A stretch of 63,915 bases of DNA, the filler included, from Octopus bimaculoides (lineage: Eukaryota): assembly GCF_001194135.2 (NCBI RefSeq). It is 9 parts of 8 records of this genome, joined end to end, with 100 filler letters (N's around TTAATTAATTAA, not from the genome) between each part and the next. Parts side by side here need not be neighbours in the genome. Positions count along the whole stretch, not along the records: positions 8,902 to 27,939 come from NC_068983.1; 8 more parts are not named here. One strand, given 5' to 3'. The number at the start of each line of letters is the position of its first letter. Position 1 is the first letter of the stretch. Below, in pieces: positions 13,532 through 24,400 of this stretch. Under the pieces are notes generated by a model. The model did no database searches. It saw only the letters and a program-made list of their open reading frames with translations, and was not told the DNA's origin. The translations under genes were made by a program, and so were the position numbers.

Positions 13532-15797
13532 NNNNNNNNNNNNNNNNNNNNNNNNNNNNNNNNNNNNNNNNNNNNNNNNNNNNNNNNNNNNNNNNNNNNN
13601 NNNNNNNNNNNNNNNNNNNNNNNNNNNNNNNNNNNNNNNNNNNNNNNNNNNNNNNNNNNNNNNNNNNNNNNNNNNNNNNNNNNNNNNNNNNNNNNNNNNN
13701 NNNNNNNNNNNNNNNNNNNNNNNNNNNNNNNNNNNNNNNNNNNNNNNNNNNNNNNNNNNNNNNNNNNNNNNNNNNNNNNNNNNNNNNNNNNNNNNNNNNN
13801 NNNNNNNNNNNNNNNNNNNNNNNNNNNNNNNNNNNNNNNNNNNNNNNNNNNNNNNNNNNNNNNNNNNNNNNNNNNNNNNNNNNNNNNNNNNNNNNNNNNN
13901 NNNNNNNNNNNNNNNNNNNNNNNNNNNNNNNNNNNNNNNNNNNNNNNNNNNNNNNNNNNNNNNNNNNNNNNNNNNNNNNNNNNNNNNNAATTTAAATTTG
14001 TGTCCATTTTTTAACTCTAAAAAGTTAATCTCCATATTTTCGCACTAGATTGGTGGAATAGAAATAAAAAAAAAGGTTTTAAAAAAGTTAAAAAACAAAA
14101 GAAAACATAAATTGCTTTCTCATATTACTACGGGATATTACTCTGAAAGACATCTTTGCAAACAGGTGAGTCGATTGATTACATTATGTTATCGCAGTTT
14201 TGTGAGATCTGGCTGTTATTTCTAACATGTGGATAGCCTGCATGAAGGCCTGAAGGTATATACATATATATATTTTTTTTTTTCTGTTGAAAAACTGAAA
14301 TTTTACAAATAATGTTTTTTTCAGAATCGTAATCTTCGTAATTTTCTACGTATTTCGTAAAAAAAAAAAAAAACTTTCCGGAAAAAGTAAAAAATAAAGG
14401 AGAGTGGGATAGTTTAAATTTTGAAAATGCGATATTTGAAAAATCCTCCATAACCAAAAGCGTGGGACTCGGTAAAAAAAAACAATATATATCCATTTCA
14501 CCGGAAGTTATGACGATAAAATCAGATCTTGTGAATTTTCCCAAAGTCTCCTCCCCATTCTCCAAGGTCATCAGCGCGCATTTGTTTTTTTCATATTCGT
14601 TTTCTACTTACTTTTTAACACCCACCAGGCTGGTTTATTGTTTTCGTTCCCGGGTGAAGATCTTTATATTGACCAATCTCACTATGGTCAACTTTGTCTT
14701 TCGGTCGATAAAAAAAAACTACCCATGAAGCGTTGAGGTCACTCTTTTCAACTAAACCCTTCCTCCCAAGATTACTAGACGTGTGTCTAAATGCAGACGG
14801 GATCGATTTTGCTTTCCAATTATTCTAGTGTTTTGTAGAATACGTACTAGGATTGAAATATTCGACTGTTTGTTATCTCAAAACTTAGAAATCAATAATT
14901 ACTACTTGCACAAAAGTAAAAAAAATCAATATTTACTACACATAACTATTTACTCAACATGAGGTGGCACTGAAATAGCAAATGCATTGAACCAATACCG
15001 CACGTCAGGTAATTAACTATTGAAAACGCAATGATCTGTTAACTGGCGTAAGAATCTACGAATTGCTCACTGCCTTGCACGGTAATTAATGACCTTTATA
15101 TTATAAGGCAAGTTTATTAGACAAACGAGAGCTGTTTGAATACCGCTTATTGACGCTAAAACAGCTAATGGATAAACATCGAAGTTGGTAAATAGTTATA
15201 TAGTTTTCCGCCCATAAGGTTGATGTTATCAGTTCAGCATATTCATTACTTCATGTCTTGACATTTAAATTAAAAAAATTATACCTAGTACATAACAACA
15301 GTAAGTTACAATAGTAATTCGTGCCTAGAATTTATCAAGATTTAACAAATGTGAACACATTTGTCTATATTTTTTATACAGAGCTTTGATTGAACGTGCC
15401 TGTAGGTATGTTTCTTTTCGTTCCGAAACGAAAAATTCTTAAATTCACAATTATTCGTTTAATTTCATCCACTAATTAATCAGTAATACATATACTTACA
15501 TGCATACATATAGAAATAAACCTGAATGATGACAGCTATACATACAAACATACATACATAGATATAAAGATATGTGTAAACACGTACGCGCACACATCCA
15601 CACACTCGCCCCCCCCCCACACACACACAGACGTGATGCGTGAGTGTGCATGTATATATATGTGCGTTTGCGTATTTCTATATGTGCGCGTATTCTAATA
15701 CATATGCGTGAAGGTAACACATAATGCATGTGTGCGTATATATATACACACACACAAATACACACACACAAATACACACACACACACACACATACAC

Positions 15798-15828
<31 letters not shown>

Positions 15829-15933
15829 TGTATGTATGTATGCATAGAGTGCTTGAAGTGGTATACAGGTATTGTATATTGAGATTTAAAGGAGGCAGTC
15901 AGAATATATGTATATACATATGCATACATGCGA

Positions 15934-16021
<88 letters not shown>

Positions 16022-16060
16022 CTGTGTGTGTATATTTATGTGTATGTATGTATATATAAA

Positions 16061-16092
<32 letters not shown>

Positions 16093-16169
16093 AGTATGTA
16101 TGTATGTATGTATAGAGTGTTTGATGTGATGTACAGATATTGTATATTGAGAAAAAGGAGGCAGTCAGA

Positions 16170-16206
<37 letters not shown>

Positions 16207-16243
16207 CATACACGCGCACACACACACACATACACACACACAT

Positions 16244-16274
<31 letters not shown>

Positions 16275-16304
16275 CNNNNNNNNNNNNNNNNNNNNNNNNN
16301 NNNN

Positions 16305-16337
<33 letters not shown>

Positions 16338-17539
16338 ATAATTGTTGTTTATTGATATCGATCTTGGAAAAGTTCATGTCGACACTTGGAATACCGTTCA
16401 TTTAACGAGGCCATCTCGTAAGTATTGAATTTCAAGCGTAATATGTAAGTAAGATGCTGGCAAACGAAACTTTTAGCTGATAGGCAATATCTCTGACTAA
16501 TCCTTTGTTAACTGTCCATAAAATATTAACAAAAAGAACAAAAGCCAAATAAGAAATTGAAGGAAGATGCACTTCTTATATTTTAAATGTCCATTCATAA
16601 TGACTATCGAGTAATTTTATTGCGTCTTCAGTTTTGTTTTGTGATTTCATTGAGTGAAGCCGTTCACTGTTAAGCCATAAATCAATTATGGCTTCAAGAA
16701 CCATAATGTTTTAGATAACATTTCAATCGAAATAAACTTATGGTTGTGTTGCTGTGTTTAGAGACGATCTAGAATCAGCTAGAATGAATCGACCAGCGAA
16801 GTATATTTCTAAGTAGTCGACATCCTTACTAGAAAATGCAGCCAATTATTATTAGATCACACACTACTGTTTGGCAATAAAAGAAAGTTCGTACTGGATA
16901 ATGTAGGCTTTGATAAAGAGAAATATTGAATGGGCAAGGCTGAAATGTTTGTGGACATCATTTTGCTTATTCAGGTTAGTTTTCGTATTATATTAAACAA
17001 CAAAATAAGATCATTGATCACTTTATTTCATAGTGCATCAAGCATTTCATTGTTTTAATGATCTTCCCAGCTTCTAAACAGTTGCAGGTGATTCGAAGAA
17101 TAGTTGGCTACTATATCTGAAGTAGAGTAGCCATGTTAACACTGGCTTATTTGCTAAAGACCATAGGGCGTTTCGACTGGCATACCTAATACGTCAAGCA
17201 ACTGAGTCGAGAATCTCCTTTATATCTTGGTAGTACAGTGTTATTTGAAGGAATTTTAGCTGCAAATTCAAAGGAGGAGTTACCCTTCAGAAGTTGCCTT
17301 CTCTCTTTCTCTCTCTCTTTCGCGCTCTCTCCTCTAACCCTGATTTGGCTCAGTTATTATCCTATAGAATTTAATAATTTAATCATAATAAAGCGGTTTT
17401 ATCAGTAAAATAATGCTAGTTGTTTTATACTACGTAAGCAAATTTATGTTGGAAAAATAATATTAAGTATATATCTCTTATGATTTTTGTTTTTGCTTGC
17501 TGGAAGTGGAGGAAGAGGCGGAGGTGGGTCATCGCTGTT

Positions 17540-18060
17540 GCAACCCTCCAGGAGCAGTGACATTGTGACTGTTAATAGTTCCCTTGCCTATGAGCAGGGA
17601 GAGAATTCCAGAGAGACGACGATCCAGTTACTGAGAATTGGAGTAATTGATTACTGTGAGACTTTGTGACTGGAAATAGCAAATGTGGTGACAGAAGAAA
17701 ATATACGTAAATCAAGTAATTCAAAGGGAGATGGCATGACCCAACGCAGTTCCTTGAAGCAGAGGTCATTAAAGTTGTGATAGAAAACTCAGTGAAAATA
17801 GTATATCAGAAAGCCAAAGGCGGGAGGGAACGTGTTTGTGAGTCACTTCAACCAACCAGTCAACTGACCAGCTTTTGGATGCAGTCTAGCATGCTTCTGT
17901 TGACTGCAGCTACATTATATCAGATGTGAAAGTAATACTTTATTATAAGCATCTCCTGGGCTATATAGTGTGTCAATAATTGATTGTAGCTGGCGTATAT
18001 ACTCTGGTGGTATACAACTGATGGTATACCTATTAACTTAATACCAGAGATGCTTTCATC
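17540..18060 (-). mobile_element. CR1/L2-group (Zenon-like) LINE, RT C-terminal fragment
   Basis: YYFHI*...MLDCIQKLVS*LV (cf. YCSHIW...LLD.IQKRA.RLI) and SLWNSLP. Confidence 0.6.
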
Positions 18061-18884
18061 AACGGAGCTATAGCAAACGTAATTACGATGGATATTTCAA
18101 CCAACATATTTACAATGATACACGCAACGGTATATACATAATCCTATACACTCCAACATAACTCTTGCGATATGCTCGTAAACATAATTACTGAGATATC
18201 CTAATTAACATGTTCACAGCAATAACCATATGAACAGATTCACAATCCTTATCAATATTCTCACAACCATCTTCCCGTTTCTTATCTACTTCATCCGCCC
18301 TGGCTCCAGTACCGTATTATCATTATAATGATCAATGCTTCAACAACAGAAACGTTAGTAGTAATGGGTTTTTTTCTGTTTATATACGTATTTTTTTTGT
18401 TTTTGTTCGACATTTTACAAACACGCTTGTTCAGAGCCAGAACAATAAAGAATTCCATGTATGCAAAAGAAACTGGAAATTTATAGCTATAAAGGTAGTG
18501 AAACTTTAGGAATATTTTTCCTCTTTATCTTCTGAGGCGCTTCTGACATTAATGGGAGAAACCTTGCATCGTTCCTTTCACCCACTCGCACTACATATAA
18601 CAACGGAACAGCCATTTTTCATCTTGCATTTAGTGCCATTAATATCCGTTATGTTTCATTGATTCACAACTACACCTGAGCGAAAACGACAACACAAACT
18701 ACTACTACTACTACTACTACTACAAATACCATCACCAGCACCACCACCACCAACAACAACGACGATAAAAATAATTATTATAATAATGATATATTGTTCA
18801 TGGGCAAACAAACAAGCAAACAAGCAAACACAACTGAAAACAATACCTCCGCCTTCGCTAAGGCGGAGGTAATAGTGATCATGA

Positions 18885-18905
18885 TGATGAAGCTGATGAT
18901 GATGA

Positions 18906-18978
<73 letters not shown>

Positions 18979-18991
18979 AATTATGATGATG

Positions 18992-19059
<68 letters not shown>

Positions 19060-19070
19060 AATAATAATAA
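18885..19070. repeat. (GAT)n followed by (AAT)n microsatellite
   Basis: Read directly. Confidence 0.95.
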
Positions 19071-19490
19071 TATGTGAGATGTAAGTGTTCCTACTGATAA
19101 AAATATATCTGTAAAGGAATTTGACAAATTAAGTAAATATAAGACCCTGTAAATTGAAATACAAAAGATGTGGGATCTTAAAGTGCGAACTGTTACTGTT
19201 ATTGTGGGTGCTCTAGGTATGCTAAAAAAAAACAGGAATGTCAGAAACATCTAGATAATATCCTAGGAGAGACAGGTCTCATAAAAATCCAAATGATTGC
19301 GCTAAGTACTAGCCATATTTTAGAAAAACCCTATCAATTTAAATGTATCTGTTGTATTACATGAAGATATTTCGCTACTGCCCCTGCCACTTGCCCTCCC
19401 CAAGCTTTCAGTCATATGTAGCATCCCTTATCCTTCACTTGCCCTTGGACACCGGGTATGTCTTAGCGATTGATTGTAACAAACACTTAA
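19071..19490 (+). mobile_element. R4/Dong-like element, 3' fragment (RLE end + 3' UTR), family 1
   Basis: DVSVPTDKNISVKEFDKLSKYK...MWDLKV...IVGALG; (TAA)n on both sides; 3' UTR homologous to 39729-39900. Confidence 0.85.
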
Positions 19491-19504
19491 ATAATAATAA
19501 TAAT

Positions 19505-20176
19505 GATACATGAAATACAGAATAGACAACACATCAGAAAGTGATAAGTGCAGAATTTGTGGACAAAATGGTGAAACCGTATGACATAACACCAGTCAAT
19601 GTACACCACTAGCCCCAAAAAGAATATAAGAGACGTCATGACAATATAGCAAGGATTGTCTATCGGACACTTTGAAACAAATATAGATTTGACAAAGAAA
19701 AATAGTGGTACGAATATAAACCTGAAGGCATCACCGAAAATGATAATGCAAAAATCCTATGGGATTTTATGATTCAGTGCGATAGAAAATAGGAAACCAC
19801 ACATAGTGTTAATTGAGAAAGAAAGCAAAAGATGCTGGAACATAGATATAACATCCCAGCTGACAAAAAGGTATGCGATAAGGAAGAAAGAAGAGTCGAT
19901 AAATTTGACAGGTTGGCTTGGGCGGTTAAGCAGTTGTGGTCGCTGAAAAAAAGTGGTAGTAGTACCAATAATTTTCGGAGCCCTGGGAACAGTCAGTAGA
20001 AATCTTGAGAAGTACATGGAAGAACTAGGGGTTGCAGTAAGGGTGGAGCGTTTGCAGAAAACAGCACTGCTTGGAACTGCTCGAATACTCCGGTTGGTGC
20101 TCGAATAATAAAGGGTGTTACCTTATTCCCTGGTAGTGAACAGCTGATACCGTAATACATTTCTAGCGTTAGAAAC

Positions 20177-20177
<1 letters not shown>
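19505..20177 (+). mobile_element. R4/Dong-like element, 3' fragment (CCHC finger + RLE), family 2
   Basis: DKCRICGQNGETV*H..QC, RRHDNIARIV, ILWDFMIQCD, RKPHIVLIEK, PIIFGALGTV, LQKTALLGTARILR; followed by an (ATT)n tail. Confidence 0.9.
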
Positions 20178-20260
<83 letters not shown>

Positions 20261-20513
20261 TATTAATGTAGTTTATAAAAAAAAATAGAACTACTCATCG
20301 TCTGCTAAATTGCAAAGGCCTGTTTATCTGTTTGTTTATTTTATTCGCGTTCGTGTTTAGCTTCCTTTATGTGCTTTTAAAAATATACTGTTTCTGTTTA
20401 AATTATGTAATGTTTAATGTCAGACTTTTCTATACTCTGAGTAACGATGCAGATAATATTCTGCATTTTCTTGTTTAAAAAGCAAACAAAACGATTTTTA
20501 GATCGGTGGCTAT

Positions 20514-20558
20514 CGGACGCTGACGAAGGGAAATAACTCTGAAACTCGAGTCCGTTCG
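20514..20558 (+). ncRNA. Type I hammerhead ribozyme, canonical core
   Basis: Stem I CGGACG/CGTTCG, core CTGACGA, stem II AGGG-AAATAA-CTCT, GAA, palindromic stem III ACTCGAGT, GTC cleavage triplet (cut after 20552). Confidence 0.8.
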
Positions 20559-20869
20559 TGCTACAGATCACGATGAGAGGACTAACTTCCCTTGGCAAAA
20601 CAAAAATAGACAGGACACAGAAGTGTGTCGATAAGCCAGCTGGATGAGATGTCCTCCTGGGGCTAAAAGCAACAGTAACATCCACCCCTAGGGGTCAGCG
20701 ACATTTAAGTGGCAATATACTTCACTTTATCCTGCAGTTACTGTTAATACCTCGTTTAGAGAATTAACATTGCTTGTTTTCCCTTTTTCGATATCAGTGA
20801 ATAATTTCACTGGAAAAAGGTATAAAGTTTTGCCAGGAATTAGCTTTCTCATCGTAGATCGGTGGCTAT

Positions 20870-20914
20870 CGGACGCAGACGAAGGGAAATAACCCTGAAA
20901 CTCGAGTCCGTTCG
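20870..20914 (+). ncRNA. Type I hammerhead ribozyme, second copy (U4A core variant)
   Basis: Same fold with stem II AGGG/CCCT perfect and core CAGACGA. Predicted cut after 20908. Confidence 0.7.
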
Positions 20915-21289
20915 TGCTACAGATCACGATGAGAGGGATAACTTCCCTTGGCAAAACGATCTTTATTCGCTCAAATATTCGTAGAAAAATCCAACATTTT
21001 GCAGGCCTATTCCGACGACGTCCATACACAGAGTCAGATGTCTGCCTTTTGGTGTGATAAATTAAAAAAAAAGAACAAAGAAAACAAAATCCAAATCAGA
21101 TCCATGCACATCCCACACATTTGGACTTACAAACAAACATGAACTCAGAGAAAATAACGATATTAGGGCACAGCAAACGACTGAAACAAAGTCCTGCCTG
21201 TACTCAGGACACACAAAGCTGTATTTGTTTGTGCAATGAAAACACGCAATAAAAGAATAAAACTACTGGTGATGTGTACGGTATTGATC

Positions 21290-21440
21290 ATTATGATGAT
21301 GATAATGATGATGGTGATGATGATGATGATGACGGCAAAAGCGCTGATGATGATGAAGGAGATGATGATGATGGTGATGATGATGATAATGATGATGACA
21401 ATGGCATTGATGATGAAGGCGATGATGATGATGATGTTGT

Positions 21441-21471
<31 letters not shown>

Positions 21472-21536
21472 CATAACAATGGCGCCGATGATGAAGGAGA
21501 TGATGATGACAACAATGATGATGATGATGATGATTT
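21290..21536. repeat. Cryptic (GAT)n minisatellite with a higher-order unit
   Basis: GATGATGAAGG(A/C)GATGATGAT occurs three times, each preceded by a GC-containing spacer. Confidence 0.8.
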
Positions 21537-21956
21537 CTTTAAATATCCGCAAATAATAGAAGCTGAGGTATTTTAGAATTAAGCGTTCTAATTACGATTT
21601 ACGAAGGCAATAAAAGCAGAATTCTTCGTATTTTGTCCATTTTGTATCTCGAAGGGGGCAGGAAAGTTTATTTTCGACTCACAACACGAAAGTATCACCT
21701 TTACCATCGTTCCATAACATTTAGCTTCTGATCTTTCCACCGATGCCAACCCAGCTGAACATTTAATGACAGACGATTTCACCAATACTGAATTCCTTAA
21801 CATTCTTTTTTCCTTCTTTCTATCAACTATACATGAGCTTCAAAAGATCTTGCGGAAAATTCTGAAAAAGTTTGGCAACATTATTAAAGAAAGCATTTGC
21901 GAAGAATGCGCGCGTATGTGTGTATGTGTGTGTCTGCGTGTGTGTGTATACATATA

Positions 21957-22005
<49 letters not shown>

Positions 22006-22186
22006 AGAAAGGACAACAAAAGAAAGAAAGAGCCCTCATTATTATGTAAATAGAGGAATTTATCTGTAAAAATATGTGACACTTATTCGGTAGCCATGAT
22101 AAAACTCCGAGTTTCGGATGCAGGGGTGAGAACACACGCCATCATATCTTCAGTTATACGGCCATTGAAAATTCCTGTGAAAAATG

Positions 22187-22223
<37 letters not shown>

Positions 22224-22441
22224 NNNNNNNNNNNNNNNNNNNNNNNNNNNNNNNNNNNNNNNNNNNNNNNNNNNNNNNNNNNNNNNNNNNNNNNNNNNNN
22301 NNNNNNNNNNNNNNNNNNNNNNNNNNNNNNNNNNNNNNNNNNNNNNNNNNNNNNNNNNNNNNNNNNNNNNNNNNNNNNNNNNNNNNNNNNNNNNNNNNNN
22401 NNNNNNNNNNNNNNNNNNNNNNNNNNNNNNNNNNNNNNNNN

Positions 22442-22484
<43 letters not shown>

Positions 22485-22769
22485 GAGAGAGAGAGAGAGG
22501 AGAGGGGGAGAGGAGGGACGTAGAACTCTAAGTAACAGTCTTGTGATGTTTTCATATCTCTCTCTCTCTAACTCTATACATACACACACACAGATATATA
22601 TATATATATATATACATATATGTGTGTGTGTGTGCGTGTGTGTGCGTGCGTGTGTGTGTGTGTAGGAGTTTGTTTAGGAGTTTTTATGCGTTAGTTACTC
22701 TGTAACATCGGACTAGTCTGGTTGAAAAGATAAGCACACATAAACTTGAATGCATTAATAAGTACAGCC

Positions 22770-23119
22770 AGTTTCTAAAATCACCGCTAACCTCTGGCCA
22801 CCTACTTCCCCAGACTGCAACCCCTTTGATTATTATTTGTAGGGCGCAGTTGAGTGAGAGACAGATAAAATTCCTTGTAACACCAAAGATGTACTGAAGG
22901 CAAGGATTATGACCGGATTCAACAAATTGAACAAGGAGATTGTCGAGAAGAGCTGCATGAGATTCCAAAGTCGTCTGGACGTTGTGGTTGAACCGAATGG
23001 CGATTTTATAGAATTCAAGATGTTTCTATGTAATTCTGGTAAATATAACTGCTAAAATGAGGTGTCAGTGTTATTTTCATTTTGTGTAATTTAGACGACA
23101 GTTTATTCGCCGCACCCTG
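22770..23119 (+). mobile_element. Tc1/mariner (DD37D/maT-like) 3' fragment with TIR
   Basis: LWPPTSPDCNPFDYY...RFQSRLDVVVEPNGDFIE; ends CACCCTG followed by TA (23120-23121). Confidence 0.85.
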
Positions 23120-23904
23120 TATATCCCACCTCTTACTATATATATATATATATATATNNNNNNNNNNNNNNNNNNNNNNNNNNNNNNNNNNNNNNNNNNN
23201 NNNNNNNNNNNNNNNNNNNNNNNNNNNNNNNNNNNNNNNNNNNNNNNNNNNNNNNNNNNNNNNNNNNNNNNNNNNNNNNNNNNNNNNNNNNNNNNNNNNN
23301 NNNNNNNNNNNNNNNNNNNNNNNNNNNNNNNNNNNNNNNNNNNNNNNNNNNNNNNNNNNNNNNNNNNNNNNNNNNNNNNNNNNNNNNNNNNNNNNNNNNN
23401 NNNNNNNNNNNNNNNNNNNNNNNNNNNNNNNNNNNNNNNNNNNNNNNNNNNNNNNNNNNNNNNNNNNNNNNNNNNNNNNNNNNNNNNNNNNNNNNNNNNN
23501 NNNNNNNNNNNNNNNNNNNNNNNNNNNNNNNNNNNNNNNNNNNNNNNNNNNNNNNNNNNNNNNNNNNNNNNNNNNNNNNNNNNNNNNNNNNNNNNNNNNN
23601 NNNNNNNNNNNNNNNNNNNNNNNNNNNNNNNNNNNNNNNNNNNNNNNNNNNNNNNNNNNNNNNNNNNNNNNNNNNNNNNNNNNNNNNNNNNNNNNNNNNN
23701 NNNNNNNNNNNNNNNNNNNNNNNNNNNNNNNNNNNNNNNNNNNNNNNNNNNNNNNNNNNNNNNNNNNNNNNNNNNNNNNNNNNNNNNNNNNNNNNNNNNN
23801 NNNNNNNNNNNNNNNNNNNNNNNNNNNNNNNNNNNNNNNNNNNNNNNNNNNNNNNNNNNNNNNNNNNNNNNNNNNNNNNNNNNNNNNNNNNNNNNNNNNN
23901 NNNN

Positions 23905-23935
<31 letters not shown>

Positions 23936-23944
23936 TATATGTAT

Positions 23945-24400
23945 AACGCGGTGACGAGTTAACGACATATCCTGCTTCATCATGGGACGTCACAGAATGT
24001 GTGTTGTCTGTAAAGGTTTAGCGAAATTTTTGTATTTGTGAGGTGAACCCTCGCATGAATCAATTTCCTTGTGTCTTTAACGATTTGCCTAACAGAGTTA
24101 AACTCTACAATTTTCCGTCGTGTTCTGTCAGCAGAAATGATCCCGTTACAAGGAGCGGGACAGGCCTGACTTGAACATATCTTCCTCCTTTTCGAATAAC
24201 ATTTAGAGCCATGGTAGATATAGTATAATATATTGGAACATCTATAATATTGCCTCTCCCATTTACTTCCTACATAACAGTAAAACAAAAACATAAGTGG
24301 CTTCCTTATCGTGATTTTATCTCCACTCAAATTTCTTTATTGGTGTTGTCTCAACTTTCATTACTCCTGTTACGTTCAATTCGTTATTACATCTCTAATA
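23945..24400 (-). mobile_element. Very old Penelope-like GIY-YIG/3' remnant (tentative)
   Basis: Minus ORF contains FYCYVGSKWERQYYR (GIY-YIG-like) and is followed by an HHR-like remnant (TGATGAAGCAGG...CTCGTC). Confidence 0.3.

Larger units (their letters stand above)
20500..20951 (+). mobile_element. Retrozyme-like non-autonomous retroelement: two 103-bp direct repeats, each with an HHR, flanking a 253-bp structured interior
   Basis: Repeats 20499-20601 and 20855-20957 differ at 4 of 103 positions. Flanking caaaacgat(t/c)ttt at 20487-20499 and 20952-20964 is a probable TSD. No coding capacity. Confidence 0.7.

Noticed and set aside
13989-14750. Possible non-autonomous DNA transposon fragments (also 32890-33350, 37430-37752, 62590-62720)
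   Set aside because: They look transposon-like, but no paired TIR or TSD could be shown within the window.
20499-20957. CRISPR-like repeat-spacer-repeat or classical LTR retrotransposon reading
   Set aside because: Only two 103-bp repeats, eukaryotic context, and no TG..CA termini or obvious PBS/PPT. The HHR content explains them better.
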